DNA of 64,000 nucleotides from Nemertoderma westbladi. Lineage: Eukaryota; Animalia; Xenacoelomorpha. This document shows positions 48,998-61,702 of this stretch, one piece after another. Position numbers and translations under genes: made by a program. Positions within the stretch are counted from its first letter, which is position 1; every line of letters begins with the position of its first letter. Below the pieces are notes generated by a model, which worked only from the letters and a program-made list of their open reading frames with translations, did not search any database and was not told the origin of the DNA. The DNA is taken from contig JAUCBJ010006053.1 of assembly GCA_032718475.1 (NCBI GenBank), positions 12,678-76,677 of the forward strand, in the 5' to 3' direction.

Positions 48998-50290
48998 CCC
49001 TATTAGTACCGGGCTATAAAATGTTGTACAAATACCGGGGAGGGGTCATATTGACCCCCCACCCCTCTAAAATCTACAAATTTTTACGAAAACGTCCGAT
49101 TTTTTGTTTATAAGTAGGTATCACTAGTCTGGATCCGACTGAAAAAAAATTTTCGAAAAGATGTACTGGGGTGGTTATATTGCAGCACCAAAATTCCAAG
49201 TAGAGCACAATTTTCACAAAATTTGAAAGTTACATTTTTCGGCTAATTGTTTTTCAATACAGTTTTCTGGGGCGCAAAATACATTGGAAAATATTTAAAA
49301 ATGATACTTACTGACTTACTTACTAATGATAATTACTATCAATGGCTGTTTAGTCCTCTCTGTGTAGGAAAAAAAATGAAAAAAACAAGTAACCAGCACT
49401 TTTCAGTAGAACACAAAATTTTTAATTCACTTATACGATGCTATAAATTCACATTTTCAGGTTTTCTAGGGCGCTGACTCTAATGGAATACATTTATAAT
49501 ATGCCAGATCATTGCTTCTTGTATTTTTTGGCGTAATTTGGCAAATTGTGGTGCTAGCGCCAAATAAATTTCGTACCCATCACCAAAAAGTACAAGTTTG
49601 CGATGTCCAGTGCTGTTTTTATTGATTCCATCGAATTCAGGACCCTCATAAACCCGTATAACGCAATAAACAAGATGATACTATCTACTGATCAATTTGC
49701 TTATTTTCCAAAATTTGGAAACAACAATTTTCAGCCACCAGGCGGAAAATACTTTTTGAAAGCGTTTGAAAACTCTTATGAAATTTTTACTGATTCCATT
49801 GAATTCAGAACCCTCACAAACCCGTATAACGCAAGAAACAAGGTGACACAATCAATTGATATATTTGATGGTTTTCAAAATTTGGTGGTAACACCACATT
49901 TTGCACCCACTTCCACTGATCAATTTGCTTATTTTCCAAAATTTGGAAACAACAATTTTCACCCACCAGGCGGAAAATACTTTTTGAAAGCGTTTGAAAA
50001 CTCTTATGAAATTTTTACTGATTCCATTGAATTCAGAACCCTCACAAACCCGTATAACGCAAGAAACAAGGTGACACAATCAATTGATATATTTGATGGT
50101 TTTCAAAATTTGGTGGTAACACCACATTTTGCACCCACTTCCGAAAAATACAAGTTTGAGATGTCTAGTTCGATAATTATATATTCCATTGAATTCAGAA
50201 CAGCCATAAACCTCTAAAACGCAAGAAATATATTGTCACAAGCAATTTTATCTATTGAATGGATTTTCAAAATTTCGTGCTAATTCCGGC
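48998..50290 (+). mobile_element. piggyBac-like non-autonomous element end followed by an internal tandem array
   Basis: TTAA|CCCTATT start (48994-49004) and ggggtcatattgacccc palindrome; no second terminus identified. Confidence 0.45.
49687..50142. repeat. Near-perfect 228-bp tandem dimer with diverged partial copies on both sides
   Basis: 49687-49914 is almost identical to 49915-50142; attccat(c/t)gaattcag also occurs at ~49625 and ~50183. Confidence 0.95.
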
Positions 50291-50675
50291 TTCATGTGGA
50301 CATCGATGGTGAGTGGAACTAGTTGTGTTTCAAATTTCAAGCAATGTGATAAAGATTGTAGAAAACTCTGGTGGGGGGGGGGGGGTCCGTGTCATCAGAA
50401 AATGACACTATATTACGGGTCATGTATATACTGAACACCCAACCTTCATCTTACTTAGTTCCAGAACCATTTCCATAAAGAAGTCTGTAATCCATGTGGT
50501 CATGTTATTAATTTATTACATTGTAATTATTACACAGCATTTCATTTCATCCTCTTTGTTTATCATCAGTTCCATTGCGAATTTAGTTCGAGCTTTTGGG
50601 ATAGAATGTACTTGCTGAGGTTGACCTCTTGTTCAAAAATAGTTTCGAAATTTGTGTCTTCTGCGACTTGGGCTT

Positions 50676-50880
50676 GTGGGGCGAGCGACGAAAGTAAGCG
50701 AGCTTAGCATACGGGAACCACTATACTAACTCAATCGGTGTGTCTGTTGATCTGTTGTGTCCAAATTTAAACATTAATAACTCAGCCAAATCTCGATAAA
50801 ATATAGCCAAACTTGGTACATATGTAGTCTGGCAAAAGTTTACAAATTTTCCAAGTTGAATTTGCGTGGGGTCTTCGTGC
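50676..50880 (-). mobile_element. Second, inverted copy of the Helentron-like repeat
   Basis: Reverse-complement similarity to 47735-47932 (ccaaacttggtaca, aataactcagccaa, gtggggcgagc). Confidence 0.5.
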
Positions 50881-51135
50881 AGCATCTGTGTAACTGTCTT
50901 GCAGTTATAATAAATTTATTTACCCAAAAATTATTAGGCTTGGCATCAGCTGGTTGCTAGGAGACTGCAGGATATATCAGGTGGGTTTGAAATTCAGCAA
51001 TACCTGTACAATGCAGCAATAATGTGGAATGGGAAGTGTGGTAGGCCTATTTCACTTTCTTCAGCCATTCCCGCATTTCCAGTTGCAGAGTTCAGAGTAT
51101 TCAGTTATTCGCGACTATTCCGCCATATCATGTAC

Positions 51136-51335
51136 CGGGCATTTGTAAAACGAGGATACCAGCAAAATCCGCGGATCCAATAATAGTCTATGGTATCCGC
51201 ATTATACAAATTTGTAAAACGCGGGTCCCATAGAAAACCATTAAGGCAGCGGATCCCATAGACACCATTGAATAACCTTTACATGTCTCTTATGGTGTCC
51301 GCTGTTTACAAATTTGTAAAGAGCGGATCCCATTC
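51136..51335. repeat. Array of tttgtaaaacgcgg / gcggatcc motifs; probable left terminus of the MULE
   Basis: Direct and inverted repeats starting cgggcatttgtaaaacg, upstream of the MULE transposase. Confidence 0.45.
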
Positions 51336-52978
51336 AAACAATGCAATTGCTTGATTCTGTATGTAGGGCAATTGTAGGCCTACATACTCATACAGACATA
51401 CCAGCATACAGACAGACAGTAGATTCGCTACCGGTACCGCGGTACCACACTGTTATCAGACTCAACATCAATTTGTTAGTCTGTAGGTGGCAGGTTGGTA
51501 GGCCTACGTCATACCTCGCTACCTGTATCTGTCAGCTGTGTACCGGACCGGTACTGCATATGGCAGAAGACCTACGCTACAGTGTTTGTGTACGCAGTTT
51601 GTTGTTTGTTGACCAGTAGGCCTACCATAGTCCTGTAGTCTGACTGTAGAGCACCTCGGGGTACCTACAAATTCCTTACAGTACAGACAGACAGAATACA
51701 GCAATACAGATTACCGGTACCGCGTACCGGTAGTTAATATTTTTAATTTAGGAGTATGACCAGTGACTATGGACTGGACGATTGTGTATTATGGGTAGGC
51801 CTATATTTTGTTTATTACTTTGGTTAGGGTAGGTTGGTCAGGCCCAACCATAATTAAAACTGTCATGTAACCCTAACCCTAAGTCATAATCTAAGAAATT
51901 TAGCGGAATTTCTGACATTATTGCCATAAGGCCTTAGGGTTGAGGCCGCCACTACTGTAAACTGCCTAACAAAATGTAGGTAGGGCCTACCGGTACTCCA
52001 ATCGTGACATTCCCTAAGAATGAGACAACCTGACAACAGGTACAGCACAACTAGGCCTACACGCTGACATGTAGGCCTACTGCGTACTGACTGGTGTATA
52101 TTTCAAAGTAGGCCTATGGCAAACCTGGCTGCCTGGAGCACCACGTAAGTCTCACATTTCTGCGCCTCAGTATTACAGTATTAGGCCTATTTTTCTGCGC
52201 CTGGGTCAAAAATGTGGCTAATTTAATAATTGGTCTGAGGGCCCTCCACTCCTCCAGTCGAATTTTTTTTGGTCATTTTTTGGTGTTTTTTATGAAATGA
52301 AAAAGAGGTAGGGGAAACCGGGGCATTAAGGAACCCACTTTGCATTTGGCCTGTTTGCTTAGTTGTAGGCCAATAATTTTGATTTTATAATAAAGATTGT
52401 ATTCATTAGAGATATTTTATTAACATTCCCCAAATTCTAGCTGGATATTCTGTGAGTTTTCGACTTTTAAAAAATTAAAAAATGGTTCCCTAATGCCCCA
52501 ATAAGGAGGGCATCAAGGGACGGCATGTTTTGCATTAAGGGCGCTATAATTCTATGATTGGTAATGGAACCTAACAAAGAGGCATTAAAGACCATGAAAA
52601 AGTTGTCCTTAATGCCCCACCATGGTGATTTACACCTGGCGCAGCATTTCACAGAGCCGGCGCAGGATTTTTTGCACCCGGCGTGGCTTTGTACTTAGCT
52701 GGCGCATGATTTTTTGGACCCGGCGCCGCATTTGGCGCAGGAAATAAAACTTTTATAAAATAACTTAATTACTTTTATTTAATACGATAGCTATTGTATC
52801 AGCGTATCCATACGAATGCTGACTTTAGCCAAACCCTACAGATATAGGTCTAGGCCTACATCCTACACTGATTGTAAGAATTAGGCCTGCCAGCCTGTAG
52901 GCCAGGCGTAATTGTCTATAATTTATTATTACCTCCATCCATAGTGTACATATATTAAATTAATATCATCAGTCAGTA

Positions 52979-55900
52979 ATGGAAGGTGTGGAGTTCATTG
53001 ACGGCGATATTCTTAACAATATATTGTTATTGGATCAAGTTGGAGTTGTCGATCCTGAACAAGAGCTTATCGAATTACATCAGGTTGTTCCTAATTCTAT
53101 GGACCAGGTTGTTGTCGATGTTGCTCCTGACGTGTTGGAGTTAGATCAGTTTGAGGATGATATTAAAATCAATTCGAATGATTACATCAAAGCTCCATCT
53201 GATGATGTAGGACGGGCATTGACTAATGAACAAATATTAAGCCTGGCATTCAATACCGATGAAAACTTGATTACTTCGAACTATAAAGAAATTAAAATTG
53301 ACACGTCATTTCCCGAATCCGTCATAATAACTAAAGGAGTGCAATATAACGAACTTACTGCAGATAAAGTTGGTACCAGTACTGGAAGTCGTAAATGGTT
53401 ATACCGTGTTGGTATAGAGGATAATGAATCTAAAGGAATAATATATCGTAGCAAGAATGGTTTTTTTCTTGATAAGGGTTTTCAAAGTTCATATGTTGGT
53501 GCCGGCTGTGAGAAGATTGTTATGATACATAAAGATATGAGGCGATATAAGTATTCTATTAATTTCCACCGTAACATCAGCCGTATTTATATTGTAAATT
53601 GCAATGAAGAAATTATTGAGTGTCTTAATTTTGTAGTGGAATATTACTGGGCCGGACCTGTGGAAAGACTACATACTTGCCCGCATCAAAATTCGAAAGA
53701 AACCAATGGGCATTATTTCAAACAATCGGATGGCCATGCAATTACTGAGGCCATGAAGAATAATGTAGGTCCAAAGTTGAGTTATACATATGACAATCTT
53801 CTAATTTCAGATATTCAACCACGGAACAAAGAAGTTATCTATAATAAACACCGCTCATTGAAGTCATCTGTGTCTTCAGCCTTGGAAGCCATCCCTGGTG
53901 ACCCATATATGTCGCTCTTGATGGATATTGCTAATGGTCATGAATTTGTTAGATTTGCACAAGTTTTGGAAGGTACTGTGGCTATCGTCGTCAGCCAAGA
54001 ACACCAAGATCTTTTGGTTCAAATAGAATCTTCAACTAGACCAATGTGTATAGATACAACCTTCGATTATGGAGATTTTTTATATACTCCAGTAGCATTT
54101 CTCTCCTCGATAATAATAAGACCCGTAACGGGCACAAATTCGTTGATAATTGGTCCTGGCTTGATCCACACTAAGAAAAATTCTCTTAGTTATGGTGTCC
54201 TGGCCACATATATGAGTGATGTACTATCCATTGAGTCTATAAAGGGATTCAGCACTGATGAGGATAGGGCTTTGTATCAGCCTTTCGTAAAGAAGCTTAG
54301 TCCAGAAATTCGCTTTATAGATCGCTACCACTTCTGGAAAAATTGCAAAGAAAATTTACGTCAGAATGGCATATCTCCAAAGCATGTGGATGAAATCGAA
54401 TTCGATGTTTTCGGAAAAACCATTGGAGATACATATATAAAGGGTCTGTGGGATTGTGAATCTGTAGATGAGGTAAAAATACATATTGATAAGTTGAGTT
54501 GGCTAGCGTCATTCAAGGCCTATTTCCTAAAGAACAAAGTTGAAACTCTTATTGAAAATCTAGGCTTTGTAGCCTAGATTTTGTGCGGCAAATACTAATA
54601 TGTCTTTTTATATTAAAAAACAAGTCTTTGAAGCTGCGGTTCTTTCTGGCTTACTGTATGGATGTGAAAAGCCTGGCTAACAAATAATATAAAAGCAGCT
54701 TCGAAGTACTACACTCGTATGGTAAAAACCCTGCTAGGGGTTAGAGTGCAAACGCCTATTGATTTATGTCTTTTAGATATTGGTGCACCAAATCTTGATT
54801 TTTACATATTACGTGCTAGGAAAAGATTTATTAAAAAAATGTTCAAGGATGTGGATCTGGATATGACTATTCCATTTCACAAAGTCTATCAGATCTGCAG
54901 AGATGCGAATACTCCTGGTTACAAACTTCTTTTGTCGTCTGCTAAATTTAGTGAAAAGTGTGATCCTTCATTGCAAACAGTTACTAAAATTAATAGTAAA
55001 CCGGTATCTTCAACGAAATTTATGACATACCGTAGTGAAATAAATAAGATGTTACAACCACATCCTTTGTATAATTGTAGAATTCCATATGTTCCGGACT
55101 TCTATAGGCTAGCATTCAGTAGACTTCGGTTAATGTCACACCGTTTGGCAGTAGAGACGGGGCGTTGGTCTAGAAAACCCAGAGACATGCGCGTTTGTCC
55201 GTGTGACAATGTCTCTATACAGACCGAAGCTCATGTGCTGCTGCATTGGCGTCTATCCGAATGCCTACGTTTAGAAGCTAGGAAAGTGTTAAATATGTCG
55301 TGCTTAGATGTATTGTTAAACTCTAATGCAGATTACGTAACATTATGTAGATATATATATAACGTTTTGGATATATATGCATGAAATATCGTTTAATTAC
55401 TTCTGTGTATTATTGAATACTATATAATTATATATGATTGAGTATTGGACTATTCTAGAATTTAAACTGGTGACTACTGTGCCCATAATTGAACTTTAAA
55501 TTTGTATTTTTTTGATTTGTGTATTATGGTATGTATATTAACTCTACAATAATAGAATTGTCAATAAATAATAATAATAATAATAGCGCGAAATCAATTC
55601 GGTGACTATGCTGTTCGTCATGCATCCGAAGCTGCAAATAACCTTTTGAAATCTCGATTGATCCCATGTAAAACAACAAGTGTATCTATATTTGTTTCGG
55701 AACTTAGTAATGCCATGAAAGCACAGTGATCAGAGCTGCAAAGAGCTTTAATGCGTCAGGGTAGCTATCGTCTCACTCCTGAATTAAAAAAGTTCGAGTT
55801 GTGTACTACCTCCTTCATGGGCATGACCGATGATGCTCAATTTCAGCAGCTAAAGAAGGCCGTAAAATACGAAAATAAACGTTCATCATGTACCGATCCC

Positions 55901-56122
55901 ATAAACACACCGACATACATAGATCGTATGATAGACGAGGGTCTATATTTGCGCTCATGTGATTTTGGTGAATTACCTTACTCACCACTCCATTTGGAGG
56001 AAGTGGAGAAGGCAGCGTGTGTGTTGTTATATAATGGGAAAGTAGAAGAAGGTCAATTGGGTTATTACCAGGTATATGATGCTGGTAAATGTGTACTTTG
56101 CAAGGTGGTCGCAAAAGTCTGA
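52979..56122 (+). pseudogene. MULE/Mutator transposase split by a LINE insertion
   Basis: CIDTTF (D1), IIGPGLIH, FSTDEDRAL (D2) and DRYH. Removing the insertion plus one TSD copy restores GFVARNQFGDYAVRHASEAANNLLKS (E). In-frame TGA at 55727, then ELQRALMRQGSYRL. Confidence 0.88.
54574..55583 (+). mobile_element. 5'-truncated RTEX/Tx1-like LINE 3' end
   Basis: ORF 54719-55384 contains RLMSHRLAVETGRW...RVCPCD...TEAHVLLH (decayed CCHC); (aat)n tail; short TSD tagc (54570-54573, 55584-55587). Confidence 0.85.
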
Positions 56123-57838
56123 CAGTCTAAAGAAATCCCGTGGGATTATCGCATCTTAATCACATAGAACCATTAATCGAAAAGTAGAAATCATAGTTCT
56201 GATTGTAATTTGCAGTAATCATCGAGATTAATTAAGAAACACAGCAAGAAATAAAGCAGAAATTACAAAATTTGCGAATTATTGCAAGAAACAAATGGAA
56301 ATACAGAATAAGAGATTATAGATAACTGAGTGAATACTGAGAATGAGATACACTGAGAGATTATGCAATATGCATAGCACATACCGGAAATACAGCAAAT
56401 TTATATATGATTCATCGAGGATGATGCAATAATCCTCTGATTGGCTCCCCAATCCGCACTACCATTAGACCAACCTGGAAGCAGCTAGGCCAATAAGGAA
56501 GCCGGATTGTGAACCTATTCCCCCTCAGAATCACAAATTGCCACCATATATGGTAATTTTGGCGTTGCTTAATTTAGCGGTACTAAAAGCACGGTATATA
56601 AAATCTAATTTAGCGCAAATATAATGGAAATTAAAGCAAATATACAGTTAGTCCTATTGATGCCAATAACAGCAAGCTTACATCAAGGGTTTCATAGGAA
56701 ACTTGCTACTGTAGAACTACTTATTTATATTTTATTACAAAATTACGTAGGTAGGACTACATACTGTACAAAATGGATAACATTCACAAATATGGGCGTT
56801 TTATTTTCCTTATCTAAATATGATTGCGCGTCATTATGGCTTATCTAAGTGATTATACTGTATAACGACTAATATTGGTACACAGCACCATATATCGTAA
56901 CATACTATAAGGATATTGTTTATATGCGTACATACTATAATGAAAAGGTAACCATACTATATAACCATACTATAATTCACCCCTATTCGCCATATATAGT
57001 ATGTTATACATAGTTATAAGAACCCTATGAGATTAGAGCTACATTCTGAAAAAGCCGCGAAGGATTATAGAGTCAGGCTATCACAATCGTATGAAGTAGA
57101 TTATCGCAACAATGCAAGTAAATAAATAGTTATTTCATTATTGTCATTCGTTATTTCTATGTTTGATTAGACATCGATATGTTTTGTTTCGACAAATATA
57201 TTGATATACAAAATAAACTAAAATATCACTGTATTTTTTTTATATAAATCACGAATATAAACGAGACCAAACAGTAAATTACAATAATAATATAATATAT
57301 AACATCTTGTGTACTGTACATCATGCCCTGGAATACAGTCTCATAATTAATTAACTACTAAAGTCTTACATAATACAAATCTTAATGAGATCGCTTTGGA
57401 CGACCATATCTAGCTATTTCTCATCTACATTCAGCATATTTGGAATCCTTGTTAATTAAGTCTACCACCTATTTCACAGTAACCAACGATTGCTATAAGG
57501 TTGAGGAAAAAGGACTGGTGCAATATCGACAGAGACACTTTTTAAACGATTGCATCTAAAGAATGAAAGTGAGAATAAAAATTATGATTCACACCGCTAA
57601 AGGGTGAAAAGTGGCGAAACTATTTTGACTTTGAGTTATTCTTTTCATGATACAAATTAACAGGAAGATGACATAATACATAATTTATAAGTAAGACCAC
57701 CTCATTAAATTTCAATTTATTAAAGAAATTAATACTGATAAATAAATAATTTTTTTATTAATTAACTTAATTACCGTACCTATTGTATCATACATAATAA
57801 TATTTTACCAGATTAATTATTAGATTTAAAATTATATC

Positions 57839-58323
57839 TAGGGCCTGAAGCGGTTAATTTTTCAGTCAACCGGTTAACCATTTCCAATTAACCGGTTAAA
57901 AAGTAGAAATGTTTGTGGTACAATGGTGCAACATACATACTACGGTACATACTATGAAACTGAAAGTTATATCGCTGACAGTCCCTAAACTTAAGCTACA
58001 GTACCGGTATGTATATTTTTATGTAAGCTAAGCTAAGAGGTATCCGTCCCTACTTGCAATACTGTTAAGTGCCTCTATTGTGATAGAGCCACCAGTACTA
58101 TAGTGTATGTATACTGTACTGTAGTCCTACAGCTGCATACAGTACAAAATGAATTTCTGAAACATCGCAATGGGAAATAAACATTAATTAAAATGGTAAC
58201 ATACAGGTAATAAAACTGGTAACAGAACCTGAAAACCTCAAAATGGGACATTAAGCCGGTTAACCGGTTAATCAATTTATAACCGGATAATTTGAATTAA
58301 CTGGTTAACCGCTTCAGGCCCTA
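57839..58323. mobile_element. hAT-like MITE (485 bp)
   Basis: TIR tagggcctgaagcggttaa...ttaaccgcttcaggcccta; aaccggtta subterminal repeats; 8-bp TSD attatatc (57831-57838, 58324-58331). Confidence 0.95.
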
Positions 58324-58351
58324 ATTATATCATATTAAAGCTGTGCCAATT

Positions 58352-60167
58352 AGGATGGCTAAAACGTCTGTCCTTATCTGATCTGATCTGATCTGATCTG
58401 ACGGTATCTGACACTTGTTCCACCTTGGTTCAGAGCGCACCTTGGTGTAGTGGTTATATTGAATTTACATATCTCGGAGGTTGTGGGTTTTCGTTTCGGC
58501 ACGAATGTTTCGAAGGGTTTAGCGAGGCATCTCTGCCTTGCATCCTTAAATGGTAGCTAAATGAGTACTGGACTTTCTGCCTATGTCGACCATCATGTGA
58601 AGTTTCCCCGGTATTCCCCTTAAACCCGGGGGGGGGGGGTGTGTCTATATAACACCTCCCGCTCTGAAACTAACGATACTAACTAAAAGACTAACTGAAA
58701 CGAACTAAAAGGAATTCAAATAAAATAAGCTAGAAGTCTTAAATTTGTTTTTAGCGGCTGGTGCCAAATTTTGGTGCCGGCCCATGTGAAGAATACCGCC
58801 CATGCTGCCATGTGAAGAATACCAGGATTTCACTTTTCAGTCGACTTTTACTGGAATTTTATATGTGAAGATTTTAATTCTTTTTTAATTTATCTTTATT
58901 GAGTGTATTATAGAGCTTATTTATGTCTTATAACCTGTAAATATACTAATTCGTTTATTGTTTTGGTTATATTCAGCCGTTCTGTAATCTATGTTTTTGG
59001 TGAAAACCTGGTATTCTTCACATGGGGGTAACTGCAAAGTGAAATATAACGGCATAAAGTCTGGTATTCTTCGCCCATGTAAAGAATACCAGGATTTCAC
59101 TTTTTGGTCGATTTTTTATTGGTCGATATTTTTTATTAAATGTATCTTTATTACTGTAAGTGTTATATGCGCGTGCGCGATGTCCTTTATTTTTGAGGGG
59201 GATGATCTATTGATCAGTCAGTCGGATGGTTAGTAAGAAGGTGGGTGTAAACAAGCCGCCGCGGTATCATATTCTCCTTTCCCTCAATTGGTAGGTAACA
59301 AAATCCTTTATTGTTTTGGTTAGAAAACCCTGTCTCGGTAACCTGCTCCTTTCCCTCAATTTGTAGGTAAAACGTCGTTTATTGTTTTGGTTAGAAATTA
59401 CAGCCGCTGTAACCTGCTCTTTTCCTTCAATTGGAAGGTAACAACAACGTTTATTAATTCCCACATTCCCATCCACCTTCCCATATTCCTTCATCGTCTG
59501 AGTATAAACTCCACTGTATCAGCTGGCAATATGGGGCATGTTAAGTGTTTCGTCATATACACACTACACACACTACACAGTAGGCCTAGAGAGATACCCC
59601 TTCCTGCCTTCCCTTTAGCTGTTTAGCGTAACAAACAAACAATAAATATTTTAAATGTAATGTATTAATAAGTATCATTACTTAATTAATAATATTAATT
59701 ATAATTAATATAATTAACTTTAACTATTAATAATGATAACTATTAACAAGAAAGATTTACGAAAATATTGCAGCAAAGGCTGTATTGTTTTTAATACCGG
59801 TAAATGTTTAATGTTTCAACACCAACTAAATCTACGAAAGTTGTTTACATCTGAAACTATCCATCTCTGCTGGGACAATCACACAACTTTCATACCCGCC
59901 ATCCTTCATCCTATATCGCATTTTTAATATATAATAATATGCCTTTGTGCATTATATGCATACCGGTATGCCTGTACTGCTATGTCATATGATGATACTG
60001 ATACATAAACAGGCAAGTGAAACGTGATCCCCTATTCAGCTATTGGCTATTTACCTAACAGACAGTTAGGTAAATATTATATCTCTTTCTCCTGATTGGT
60101 TATAGGATCAGATGCTGTCAGATCAGATCAGATCAGATCAGATAAGGACAGACGTTTTATTCTACCT
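58352..60167. mobile_element. Non-autonomous TIR element with (atctg)n in its TIRs and an 11-bp TSD
   Basis: TIR agg.....taaaacgtctgtccttatctgatctg... pairs with ...cagatcagataaggacagacgtttta.....cct; TSD ctgtgccaatt (58341-58351, 60168-60178). Confidence 0.85.
58433..58575 (+). mobile_element. Decayed tRNA-SINE related to the copy at 38215
   Basis: ggtgtagtggtt A-box; ctctgccttgcatcc...taaatgagtact core. Confidence 0.45.
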
Positions 60168-61702
60168 CTGTGCCAATTACCGTACCTATAGGCCTAATAA
60201 ATAATATAAAAAAAAATTAAACAAAAAATTAATGACGCATATACGATATATACGTCTTTTTATTCTAAAAATTATTGCACTTAATTATTTCCTAGAAATC
60301 CCTGAATCTTCGCGCACCCCTTCCTCGCCGGCCAACTCGCGGGTTTAAAGATACGGGTCTCCCAATCTCCGCCGTTGTTCCATCGGGATGTGTTCCTAGG
60401 TTGTATCCACGTTCTCTAATTTCTGATATTACGGCTCCCCTATGGCAGTATGGTTTATCCTCGCGACATCGCCTTTGCAATGCTGACGAACTCTGCTTTG
60501 TGCCCCCTTCCGTTTTACTTGATGTATCTCGATTCGCCAGAATAGGAACACGTGAGACGATTCGCCAGAATACAGTAGGAACACGTGAGACGATTCTTCA
60601 CAAATATCAGAATCTCCGATGGTTCGCCGTAAATACTTTCTGACAGAGTGACCACTATGACCAGGTGACTGCTATCCGCTATCTCCATAATCTGACAATT
60701 ATCGGAAAATATGAGGTACCGGTTGCTATATTTCAGTATTTTAAGAGGAGCTGACAGTACTCATTGGGTAGTGAGTGATTAGATATCATCAAACGGGAAT
60801 CATAATACCGTAATATCATCAGATAATAATCAGATCATCCAACTGACATACTGCTGTACTGATAGTTCTGTAGGCCTAGTTCACGTAGTTCGAAATTATA
60901 GTCTGATAGGCCTAATTGATCAGACTATCTGATCGGAGTTTGGTAAAAGACTACTGCAGTAGGTAGGCCTACTGTGACGTCAACTACAAGTCAGCCACCC
61001 TATACAGTTACATTAAATTGTAACTTTATAATCCAGTTAAGAATGTTTTCTACAGCATTTACCCATCGTCACTATTCAAAGTTTTGGCATGTCAATAAAA
61101 TATTTTCTACAGTAAATGAAGACCCCCGTGATATGAAAACATTTCCTATAAAAACATCCAGCTGTCAATTAAATTATATTATATTTCCGTTCATCCATTG
61201 AAAAATACTAATGTCTGGTGTTAAAGACTTGACAGAATTAACTTCAGATAAAAACAATCCTACACTTTCGGAATAGCATCCGCTAATCACAATAGATGTT
61301 ATATTTCCAAATATTATAAAATAGAACTTTGTTAAACAGAGGGGGATTTTTTGTTATGATGATTGTTTAGGTTTTGTGTTGTTGGTCTTACTGTAGTTGG
61401 GTTTGGGTGGGGGTAGTGTTTGATTATAATAGACAGCATGATCAATTCTCAAGTTTATATATTATTATATGTCCATATTATATTATACTTTATCAACACA
61501 TTGACTGAGACGATATTATTTTAACCTACTCTCCTCCTGATCTCCGCAGCATATAGAATTCCCTGGCAAAACTCTTCTTCGCAATCTCCTCAATTTATTG
61601 GCACATACATACTACTTATTATCGCTCTTCGATTGTCTCCCATGGGCGAACTACTGTACGCGCGTGACGGCGTTTATTGAGTGGGTTTTTTTGGTTGGTT
61701 GA

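Noticed and set aside
49603-50217. 204-aa protein with an internal repeat
   Set aside because: By-product of the 228-bp (multiple of 3) tandem duplication; no recognisable domain.
51868-51882. taaccctaaccctaa telomere-like repeat
   Set aside because: Only ~2.5 units; compatible with chance.
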